NCBI GenBank assembly: GCA_041665025.1
Contig: JBAYJP010000001.1
Coordinates: 16,207-80,206 of the forward strand
Source: Candidatus Magasanikiibacteriota bacterium
Lineage (GTDB): Bacteria; Patescibacteriota; Patescibacteriia; Magasanikbacterales; UBA922
Direction: 5' to 3'
Length of the DNA: 64,000 nucleotides
The position numbers and the translations under genes were made by a program. The notes below the pieces were generated by a model that had not been told where the DNA came from, searched no databases, and was given only the letters and a program-made list of their open reading frames with translations. Positions 41,880 to 49,964 of this stretch are shown piece by piece (the first letter of the stretch is position 1; every line of letters starts with the position of its first letter).

Positions 41880-43331
41880 TTATAACCGACTTAAATCCAA
41901 CTGTTCATCAAATCTAATTTGTTTTACAAAGTCGGGCATATGGCTAATAAGAATTATTGCACCCTCATACTTATTTATTGCCTGCGCGATAATGGGTATA
42001 TGGCGAAAATTAATGTGGTTAGTTGGTTCGTCAAACACGAGAAGTCCTGGTCTCATAAGCACGAGCCGCGCAAAAGAGAGTAGACCTTTTTGGCCTTCGG
42101 ACAAATGAGAAATTGTAAGACCCATATATTCACCGGTGAGCAAAAAACCTGCGGCAACGGCACGCATTTCTTGGATATCTATCCCTTCTGCTAATACGCT
42201 TTTCAATGAATCAAATACTGTTTGGCTATAATCCAATGTGGCAAAATCCTGGCTATAATACCCCACCCGCGTATCTTTCAAAATCAGTGCCCCTTCAGCG
42301 TTTCCCTGTACCAACGAACGCAACAACGTGCTCTTGCCGATACCATTTGGTCCGGAAATCAAAAGTCTATCTCGCTGACGCAATACGATATCAACTTCTT
42401 TGAGTATTGGTTCGTGATCTTTGATTATTTTTACTGATGAGATAGTTACGACATTGCCAATAATACCCTGAGCAGGGATGGTGAATTCTCTAATCGTTTT
42501 ATCTTCACGTCTGACATCTACTTTATTTTCCTCAAGCTCTTCAATCTCTTCTTTTAGTTTACTTGCGAGTCTGCGCATCTTACCACCTTTGTTAGAAAAA
42601 AAATTGACCTTGTCCTTGTTATCCTGTATTTCTTTTTTCAATTGAGCATTTTTCTTTATTTCTCGCTCTATTCTCGTTGAGATTTCTTCCACTACTGAAT
42701 AATAATCGCCTACGTATGTTTCAATTTTTTTGGTAAATACGTCAAGATAAATAACCCCCTCGGTAAAACAATTCAAAAAATCCGCATCATGAGAAATGAC
42801 AATTACCGTCTTTTCATACATGACGAGAAATTGTATCAGATGGTCAATGCCATCTTTATCCAAATTATTTGTTGGTTCATCCAACAGTAAGATGTCAGGA
42901 TTTTGTATCAACGCAAAAGCCAACAAAATTCTGGCTTGCTGACCGCCGGATAAATCCCCTACTTTTCTATCAAGTGGGACAGCCACATTTACTGCTTCCA
43001 TTACTTTACTTATCTGACTTTTGATATTACCCGGAACACTCTCAAATGCTTTTTCAAAATATTCTTCGACCGTTAGCGCCATATCTTCCTTGGCAATCAC
43101 CTGCTTGGCTGTGGCGATAGTCGCATTGTTTGAAACATATACATTACCTTGCGTAGGTTTTAGATCACCTTTTGTCAATTTGAATATTGTACTTTTTCCT
43201 GCACCATTTTGCCCCATCAAGGTTATCTTTGCTCCGGTACGTATACTAAAACAAACCTCGTCTAAAACTGGTTTTTTATCAGCATATTCAAATGTGACAT
43301 TATCAAATCTCAAAATCACTTCTTCATTCAT
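41880..43331 (-). CDS. ABC-F family ATPase
   Basis: Two NBDs (GQNGAGKS and GPNGIGKS), DEPTN twice, no TM segments. Confidence 0.9.
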   Translation of the reverse strand: MNEEVILRFDNVTFEYADKKPVLDEVCFSIRTGAKITLMGQNGAGKSTIFKLTKGDLKPTQGNVYVSNNATIATAKQVIAKEDMALTVEEYFEKAFESVPGNIKSQISKVMEAVNVAVPLDRKVGDLSGGQQARILLAFALIQNPDILLLDEPTNNLDKDGIDHLIQFLVMYEKTVIVISHDADFLNCFTEGVIYLDVFTKKIETYVGDYYSVVEEISTRIEREIKKNAQLKKEIQDNKDKVNFFSNKGGKMRRLASKLKEEIEELEENKVDVRREDKTIREFTIPAQGIIGNVVTISSVKIIKDHEPILKEVDIVLRQRDRLLISGPNGIGKSTLLRSLVQGNAEGALILKDTRVGYYSQDFATLDYSQTVFDSLKSVLAEGIDIQEMRAVAAGFLLTGEYMGLTISHLSEGQKGLLSFARLVLMRPGLLVFDEPTNHINFRHIPIIAQAINKYEGAIILISHMPDFVKQIRFDEQLDLSRL

Positions 43332-43480
43332 ATAATATAAAATAATTTGAGTACAAATAATCTCATAAACCAAACTCATTGTCAAAGAAAATTCTGTTTT
43401 TGTTCATGAAAACAAAAAACCTTTATAAAGGTTTTTTGCGAGCTCGTCGGGCCGGATTCGAACCGGCGACCAATTGGTTA

Positions 43481-44038
43481 CACTTATCTACTGCTTACGC
43501 AATAGCGTGGACTATCTCATTCACCTTTCCTAGGTGATAGGGCGCTTGTGTTGGATTATTGCTGGGACTCACCAACTAGTCTCTGCACCTGCCTTCGCTA
43601 AAACTACACATATGTAGCATCCCAGCGAAGGATTGGCTCAGGATTACCCCGCCATGACGGGGCTCCCCTGAATTCACCCTATTTTTCAATCCCAATTTCT
43701 TGGGAAAGCTGCACTATACCTGCATGAACCTCACGGTGACAATTAGCACAAAGCATTACGCATTTGTCTAACTCTTTTACTACTCTTGACCAAGCCCTAG
43801 TCAATCCATCTTTGGATATGCCAAACTCTTTTTGCTTAGCGTCAAGATGATGGAAATCAAATGCTTCTAGGCATTTATGATAACCACATATCATGCATTT
43901 GCCGCCTTTGTACTCAACAGCCATTGCTCGGATTTTTCTTCTCCGTTTATCAACAGCTTGAATGAGATACTTGGCACGGACACGGTATATTCTTTTGTCT
44001 TTTACCATAATAACATATTATAGCAAAGACTGTGTTCT
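43481..44038 (-). ncRNA. Group I intron (IC3-like), 558 nt, inserted at anticodon position 35/36
   Basis: P (GAATTCAGGGGA), Q (AATCCTGAGCCAA), R (AGAGACTA) and S (AGATAGTCC) elements; follows an exon U and ends in G. Confidence 0.88.
43679..44008 (-). CDS. Intron-encoded HNH endonuclease
   Basis: CMICG...FDFHH...LCANCHREVH zinc-finger HNH pattern. Confidence 0.85.
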   Translation of the reverse strand: MVKDKRIYRVRAKYLIQAVDKRRRKIRAMAVEYKGGKCMICGYHKCLEAFDFHHLDAKQKEFGISKDGLTRAWSRVVKELDKCVMLCANCHREVHAGIVQLSQEIGIEK

Positions 44039-44183
44039 ACAGCCAACTGCTCTACCGCTGAGCTACCGACGAATATAACAGCAAATAGTATACAAACTAT
44101 ACCGATTTATGTCAATACAGTGCATATAACTTGAAAAATTGCCTATATACAGGTATACTTGTGGAGTTATTAAAATAAATTTC

Positions 44184-45035
44184 ATGAAAACTAGAATTAT
44201 TGATGGAAAGGCAATTGCGGAAAAAATCCTCAAAAAACTTTCCCGCCACGTTGCACAGCTCAAAAAACAAGGCATACAACCAAAGCTTGCGGTTGTTTTT
44301 GTGGGAAAAAATAAACCTTCAAAAACATATATTAGACGCAAACGGGAGGCGGCCGAAAAAGTCGGCATTGATTTTGCCTTGCACCATTTTCCTGCAGACA
44401 TTTCCAAAGATGTATTAATTAAGAATATTGTAAACATCCAAAAAGATAAAAAACTCAATGGGCTTATTGTCCAACTGCCTCTTCCTGAACCGCTCTACAC
44501 AACTGGTGTATTAAACGCAATTAAGCCAGAGCTTGATGTTGACTGCCTTACTGACGCACAATTGGGAAAATTAGTCATGAATACTTCTTATATCACTCCC
44601 CCAACCCCCACAGCGGTCTGTGCTATTTTGGATGAACTTCACATTGATCCAAAAGGAAAAAATATTACTATCATTGGCGCTGGTGCACTTGTGGGCAAAC
44701 CTTTATCTATTATGCTATCCAATATGCAAGCCACGGTAACGCTCTGCAATAAATGTACCAAAAATATCAAAGAAAAATGTTTGCATGCAGACATTATAGT
44801 AACTGCAGTTGGGAAAAAAGATTTGCTCACGGCTGATATGGTAAAAAAAGATGCAATTGTCATTGACACTGGCATTGTATTTGAAAAAGGAAAGATGTAT
44901 GGTGATGTAGACTTTAAAAATGTTTCAAAAAAGGCTTCAGCCATAACACCTACCCCGGGTGGTGTGGGTCCCATCACGGTCGCACTTTTGCTACAGAATG
45001 TCATCACTATTGCAAAACAAAAGATGATGTTATGA
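44184..45035 (+). CDS. folD: Methylenetetrahydrofolate dehydrogenase/cyclohydrolase FolD
   Basis: IIDGK, VQLPLP, DVD and TPGGVGPITVA motifs. Confidence 0.95.
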   Translation: MKTRIIDGKAIAEKILKKLSRHVAQLKKQGIQPKLAVVFVGKNKPSKTYIRRKREAAEKVGIDFALHHFPADISKDVLIKNIVNIQKDKKLNGLIVQLPLPEPLYTTGVLNAIKPELDVDCLTDAQLGKLVMNTSYITPPTPTAVCAILDELHIDPKGKNITIIGAGALVGKPLSIMLSNMQATVTLCNKCTKNIKEKCLHADIIVTAVGKKDLLTADMVKKDAIVIDTGIVFEKGKMYGDVDFKNVSKKASAITPTPGGVGPITVALLLQNVITIAKQKMML

Positions 45036-45745
45036 AAATAGTTATCGTCATCCCCACATACAACGAAAAAGAAAATATTGAAAAATTAATCAAAAAAATT
45101 TTTGATTTAAAAATTGATGGACTGGAACTCTTAGTCGTTGATGATAATTCTCCTGACGGCACAGCCCAAGTGATATATAATCTTCAATCTTCAATCTTCA
45201 ATCTTCACATATTAAGACGCAAAGGAAAACTGGGTTTGGGGTCCGCGTATATTGCTGGTTTTAAAAAGGCGTTAGAGCTCGGGGCTGACTATATTTTTGA
45301 AATGGATGCGGACTTTTCACACGACCCTCTTGATATCCCGCGTATGCTCAGAGCAGTTCAAGACGCAGATTTGGTCATTGGCTCGCGTAAGGTTGAGGGA
45401 GGAAAAATCACTGGCTGGGGTTGGTTTCGTACTTTTGAGAGCAATGGAGCTATGTGGTTCTCGCGGTTTTTACTTGGACTCAAGGTGCGAGACGTGACTG
45501 CTGGATTTCGCTGTTTCAAGCGTGATGTCTTGCTTTCGATTGGTCTAGATTCAATAAAAAGTAATGGCTATGCCTTTCAAGAAGAACTTTTATATCTTAC
45601 CCAAAAAGCCGGCTTTACCATCACTGAAATCCCTGTTATATTTAGAGATAGAAGGGAAGGAAAATCCAAATTAAGTAAAAAAGATATAATTGAATTTTTT
45701 ATAAGAATAATTAAACTTCGATTTTATGGTAGAGACGAGCGGTAA
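45032..45745 (+). CDS. Polyprenol monophosphomannose synthase (GT2, DPM1-like)
   Basis: IPTYNEKENI, VDDNSPDGT, MDADFSH and GYAFQEE motifs. Confidence 0.9.
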   Translation: MKIVIVIPTYNEKENIEKLIKKIFDLKIDGLELLVVDDNSPDGTAQVIYNLQSSIFNLHILRRKGKLGLGSAYIAGFKKALELGADYIFEMDADFSHDPLDIPRMLRAVQDADLVIGSRKVEGGKITGWGWFRTFESNGAMWFSRFLLGLKVRDVTAGFRCFKRDVLLSIGLDSIKSNGYAFQEELLYLTQKAGFTITEIPVIFRDRREGKSKLSKKDIIEFFIRIIKLRFYGRDER

Positions 45746-46142
45746 TGCAACAGTAGATGCCTTGTTATCATTCAGGGATAGTTTGGGACGTGTAAGAAAT
45801 GAACAACGCCTTAGACTTTTATTTCCCGATAGAAATCAATCACAAATAGCGGAACTTGCAAAACTATTTTCTTTTGAAAATTCAAAGACTTTTCAATTTC
45901 CTACGAAGACAGAATTTAATGGCGAACCGGGAGTTTTTAGCAAGGACCATACACAAGTACGCTATTATCATTCGCTGTCATCGGATGACTGGGAACAAAA
46001 AGGTGGTCCGATTTTAATTGAATTTGAAGATGGAAATGTATGGTATTGCCCCAACGCTAGACTTGAAGAAAAATCTACGATATTCAAACTTGAACCTGGT
46101 GACATAGAGAAGATAAAAAAACAACTTACTCCCCTATTATAA
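45726..46142 (+). CDS. Hypothetical protein
   Basis: 138-aa ORF overlapping the GT2 end, followed by a terminator hairpin at 46141-46169. Confidence 0.5.
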   Translation: MVETSGNATVDALLSFRDSLGRVRNEQRLRLLFPDRNQSQIAELAKLFSFENSKTFQFPTKTEFNGEPGVFSKDHTQVRYYHSLSSDDWEQKGGPILIEFEDGNVWYCPNARLEEKSTIFKLEPGDIEKIKKQLTPLL

Positions 46143-46197
46143 AAATCCACCCCACATGAGGTGGATTTTAAATTTTTTATCAATTTCCTTTTAATTT

Positions 46198-47217
46198 CTA
46201 TATTTCTTCCACTATTTCTTCTATTTCTTCAATTGTATTCACTCGTACCAATTTACTCCGAATCTCTTTCATTCCTTCCAACCCTTTAAAATAAAAAGCT
46301 AAATGTTTCCGCAGTCCTACTATTCCCCTTTCCCCATAGTGCTGAATTTGAAGTTGAGCATGACGTAATATCACATCTTTTCTTTCTTGCAACGAAATTA
46401 GTGATCGATGATTAGCAATCGACGATAACAACCAGGGGTTCCCCAAGGCTCCTCGTCCAATCATTACTCCATCTGCTCCGGTCGTCTCTAAACATCGCTC
46501 AATATCTTCAGGCGAAGTAATATCTCCATTCGCTATCACGGGTATTTTAACACACTTCTTCGCCTCCCCTATCATCTCCCAGTTTGCCTTTCCACTATAG
46601 CCCTGGACTTTTGTCCTTCCGTGGATCGAAAGAGCATCAACACCAGCCTGTTCTAGCTTTTGCGCAAATTCCAGTATTTCACCTTCTTTAGACCATCCAA
46701 GACGGGTTTTAACACTTATAGGAACCCCCAAATTGGCGTTTTTGAGGGCTTTTACTATCTCTACCGCCCTATTGTGGTCTTTCATAAGCGCAGCGCCAGA
46801 ATCAGCCTTTCCAGCTATTTTCGGAACAGGGCAACCCATATTGATGTCTACCCCAAATTCATCCCGAGCGGAGCGGAGCGGAGAGAAGGGTCTTTCGAAG
46901 GATTCCATTTTTGGATTAAAAAATTTCTCTGTAATAATACGAGCCGCTTCTACAATCACCTCCGGCTTACTTCCAAACAACTGTAACACAATCGACCTCT
47001 CAATTTCTTCAAACTTGCACATGTTTAATGTCTTTTCATTGCCACGCACAATCGCCTCTGCACTAACCATTTCTCTAAAAATTATAAATTCTTTATGTAT
47101 TCCTTTTTCCTTTTTCCTTAATTCTTGTACCTCTCTACATAATATCGAAAACGGCTGATCTGTATAGTCAGCCATAGGCGCGAGAGCAATGATTGGTTTG
47201 TTTTCAATCCATGTCAT
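46198..47217 (-). CDS. dusB: tRNA-dihydrouridine synthase (DusB-like)
   Basis: LAPMA, DINMGCP, SVKTRLG, IHGRT, ANGDI and GVMIGRGALGNPW motifs. Confidence 0.92.
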   Translation of the reverse strand: MTWIENKPIIALAPMADYTDQPFSILCREVQELRKKEKGIHKEFIIFREMVSAEAIVRGNEKTLNMCKFEEIERSIVLQLFGSKPEVIVEAARIITEKFFNPKMESFERPFSPLRSARDEFGVDINMGCPVPKIAGKADSGAALMKDHNRAVEIVKALKNANLGVPISVKTRLGWSKEGEILEFAQKLEQAGVDALSIHGRTKVQGYSGKANWEMIGEAKKCVKIPVIANGDITSPEDIERCLETTGADGVMIGRGALGNPWLLSSIANHRSLISLQERKDVILRHAQLQIQHYGERGIVGLRKHLAFYFKGLEGMKEIRSKLVRVNTIEEIEEIVEEI

Positions 47218-48035
47218 ATATCAAGCGGACTTTTTATTTCTGCTAAATTATTCCTCGCCACATGCGTATAAATCTGTGTCGTTTGCAACTTCGCATGACC
47301 CAATAGTTCTTGAATATACCTGATATCTGTCCCGTTTTCAAGCAAATGAGTAGCAAAACTATGGCGCAAAGTGTGGGGAGAGACTTTTTTTCTCAAACCA
47401 GCTTTTTGCGCCGCCTGCGAGACAATTTTTTGTATTGTCGCCTCAGTCAGCCTTTCTCCTCTTCCATTGGTAAAAAGAAAGTCATCTTTATTTTTCAACC
47501 CAGCTTGGACTTCCAAAATAGATAACAATTTTCTAGGCAATACAACCAGCCTATCTTTCTTACCCTTACCTTGAAACACCCTCAACATTTTTCTATCTAT
47601 ATCAATATCACACATCTTGATATGTGTCAGTTCACTTACGCGCACTCCGGTACCATACAATAAACTGATGATACAATTATGTTTGGGGTTGGTAGTCACC
47701 TCTATCATTTTATTCACTTCTTCTTTTGATAAAACAACGGGTAAATACTTATTTTTCTTAGGTTGCTTGATATGTAAAAAAAAATTTCTTTTCCAAATCT
47801 GGCCATAATAAAAATGAAGAGCGTTGTAAGCTACTGCAACGGTACTAGAAGAAACTTTTTGTCCCAAATAATCTAAATAATTTTTAATGTCCTCGGTATT
47901 AGCTTCTCGCGGATCTTTCTGGCAAAACCGCAACAACTCTTCATTATAATGAACATAAGAATCAATAGTGCTTCGACTATAGTTACGGATCCTCAATTCT
48001 CTTTCTAAATTGGAAAAAGTATTGTTTTCCAACAT
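47214..48035 (-). CDS. Integron-integrase-like tyrosine recombinase (short, no IntI insertion)
   Basis: N-terminal RIRNYSRSTIDSY; catalytic R (GVRVSE), K (GKGKKDR), HTLRH, LGH and IYTH intact; divergent from a cassette array. Confidence 0.85.
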   Translation of the reverse strand: MLENNTFSNLERELRIRNYSRSTIDSYVHYNEELLRFCQKDPREANTEDIKNYLDYLGQKVSSSTVAVAYNALHFYYGQIWKRNFFLHIKQPKKNKYLPVVLSKEEVNKMIEVTTNPKHNCIISLLYGTGVRVSELTHIKMCDIDIDRKMLRVFQGKGKKDRLVVLPRKLLSILEVQAGLKNKDDFLFTNGRGERLTEATIQKIVSQAAQKAGLRKKVSPHTLRHSFATHLLENGTDIRYIQELLGHAKLQTTQIYTHVARNNLAEIKSPLDI

Positions 48036-48102
48036 ACTTAGTGATAAAATATCATCAACCTATACCCTACTGGGGTATAAGCAAAAATTCACAAAAATTA
48101 TA

Positions 48103-48150
48103 GCATAACTAAGCCTTTTATGCCAAAAGTTGGCATAAAGGTAGTTAGGC
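48103..48150 (+). mobile_element. Integrase-proximal recombination site (attI position, hairpin-forming)
   Basis: GCATAACTAAGCCTTTTATGCCAA-AAG-TTGGCATAAAGGTAGTTAGGC, ending in GTTRRRY. Confidence 0.7.
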
Positions 48151-48302
48151 GAAATATTCCTTTTCTTTTTTGGGCTATCGCCCAATTGTTTTAAAAAATT
48201 TTAAAATTTCTTTTTCATTAATTAAAGAGGGGAAAAAGGTGTTTTCTCCGCTCCGCTACGAAAACGATTTATTTATAAGGGGAAAACTAATACAATAACC
48301 AC

Positions 48303-49964
48303 ATGAACAAAAAAATCATAAAATTATCAGTGTTTCTGCTTATCGGTCATTTTTTTATTTTCCCCGAAGCCGCCCATGCAGTAATTCCGCCGGATTTTAT
48401 TTTTAATATCGGAACACAGATAGCTCAATTCTTTTCGATAATTGCAATATTTTTTACTGCCATTCTTGGAACATTTTTTCAGTTTTTCAAGACAAGATAT
48501 TATGCACTTAAACATAAAAAAATAATTCTAAGCCTAACTATCATTGGAATTATAGCAGTATCTCTTACCTCATCTTATTTTTACGCAACATACAAACAAA
48601 AAGCTGAATATCAAAAGTGGCTCAAAGAAAGCCAACAATATAGTACAAACCAAAATACTCAAAATGCCAATTTAGATTATGATAATGACGGATTAACCGA
48701 TCTTGAAGAAACAAATTTCGGCACTGATCTTAATAATCCTGATACAGACGGCGATGGATATTCCGACGGCGAAGAAGTTAAAAATGGATATAATCCAAAC
48801 GGTCCTGGGAAATTTGGAGAAGAAGGCATAAACGAAGACGCAAATGACCAATTAAATATCGGCACTGAAAGTAACAAGAACATCGATACATCTGCTAAAA
48901 AATTTATCTCCAGTGTAAATGTAACTGATAACGCCGCAAGATTTATTAGTGAATACTACGGAAATATCGCTAACGGCAATTTAGAGCAAGCCTATGAGAT
49001 GTCTAAAAAAACTGTTAGCTTTGAGACCTTTAAGGGTTGGTATCTAAAAACATCTAAAATAACATTAGATAAATTGGTTCGAATTGATGAAAAAAAATCA
49101 TCCATAGAATTAACTTTATACGAGGACGGCACATTCACAAGATATGGCGTTTTGATGACCTTAACTTTACAAAGTGAAATACCAGTAAGAGTTGAGAAAT
49201 CGGAAGTTAAAATTTTGGCTCAAGGGTTGATTAATAATCAAAATATTTCTGTTGATGAAAATAAAACTGCCCAAGAGTATGATTTTTTTACGAAAAATGA
49301 AAACACAAACATACTTGTTACAAATCAAGATTTTAAAAATATCACAGACAGCCAGCAAAGTGATTATATTGTTTTAGACGCAAGAGAAGATATTGAATAC
49401 GAAAATGGCTATTTCCCCGGAAGTTTACATATTCGCTTTGCGGACTTAAAAGCAGGTCGTTGGATCGAATTACCAAAAGATAAGCCTGTTTATGTAATTT
49501 GTTGGTCTGGAATTCGAGGCAAAGAAGTAGCCGAATTTTTGAGAACCAAAAAAATTGTGTCTTCTTATTTGGAGAATGGCGCTAACGGCTGGGTTGAATT
49601 TGGCGGAAAATGGATCGGAGAAATCAAATTCGGGGAAAAATATACAGATCCAAAATATCAAATCGTTTTTAGTACGGATGATGTTAAAAAGAAAGTAACA
49701 GAGGGTGTGGTTCTTGTTGATACGAGAGAACCGTATAAATTCAATCAGTCAAATATAGCAGGAAGCGTCAATATTCCAATTATGTACACTCCAACTATCA
49801 ATCTTGAAAAGACATTTAGCCAAGTTCCAGTGAATAGCAAGGTTATTACAGTATGCGACGGATACGTTAATTGTTTTGATGCTAAAATTACGGGTGTTGA
49901 ACTGGAAAGACGTGGACATCAATTTTTAGGCAGATATAACAAACCTTGGGAATATGAAAAATAA
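48303..49964 (+). CDS. Cassette 1, gene 1: membrane-anchored protein with TSP3-like Ca-binding repeats and two rhodanese domains
   Basis: Signal/TM region, DYDNDGLTD...DTDGDGYSDGEE, LDARE...CWSGIRG and VDTRE...CDGYVNC. Confidence 0.75.
   Translation: MNKKIIKLSVFLLIGHFFIFPEAAHAVIPPDFIFNIGTQIAQFFSIIAIFFTAILGTFFQFFKTRYYALKHKKIILSLTIIGIIAVSLTSSYFYATYKQKAEYQKWLKESQQYSTNQNTQNANLDYDNDGLTDLEETNFGTDLNNPDTDGDGYSDGEEVKNGYNPNGPGKFGEEGINEDANDQLNIGTESNKNIDTSAKKFISSVNVTDNAARFISEYYGNIANGNLEQAYEMSKKTVSFETFKGWYLKTSKITLDKLVRIDEKKSSIELTLYEDGTFTRYGVLMTLTLQSEIPVRVEKSEVKILAQGLINNQNISVDENKTAQEYDFFTKNENTNILVTNQDFKNITDSQQSDYIVLDAREDIEYENGYFPGSLHIRFADLKAGRWIELPKDKPVYVICWSGIRGKEVAEFLRTKKIVSSYLENGANGWVEFGGKWIGEIKFGEKYTDPKYQIVFSTDDVKKKVTEGVVLVDTREPYKFNQSNIAGSVNIPIMYTPTINLEKTFSQVPVNSKVITVCDGYVNCFDAKITGVELERRGHQFLGRYNKPWEYEK

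Larger units (their letters stand above)
43443..44072 (-). tRNA. tRNA-Asn(GUU) split by an intron (exons 44072-44039 and 43480-43443)
   Basis: Joined exons TCGTCGGTAGCTCAGCGGTAGAGCAGTTGGCTGT^TAACCAATTGGTCGCCGGTTCGAATCCGGCCCGACGAG form a full cloverleaf with U1-A72 and G73; CCA not encoded. Confidence 0.88.

Noticed and set aside
43443-44072. tRNA-Thr(UGU) or tRNA-Tyr(GUA) reading of the split tRNA, or a tRNA-targeted integrated element
   Set aside because: The acceptor stem, G73, short variable loop and guide-sequence wobble fit Asn. The halves do not overlap as att duplications would, and the insert has group I core motifs.
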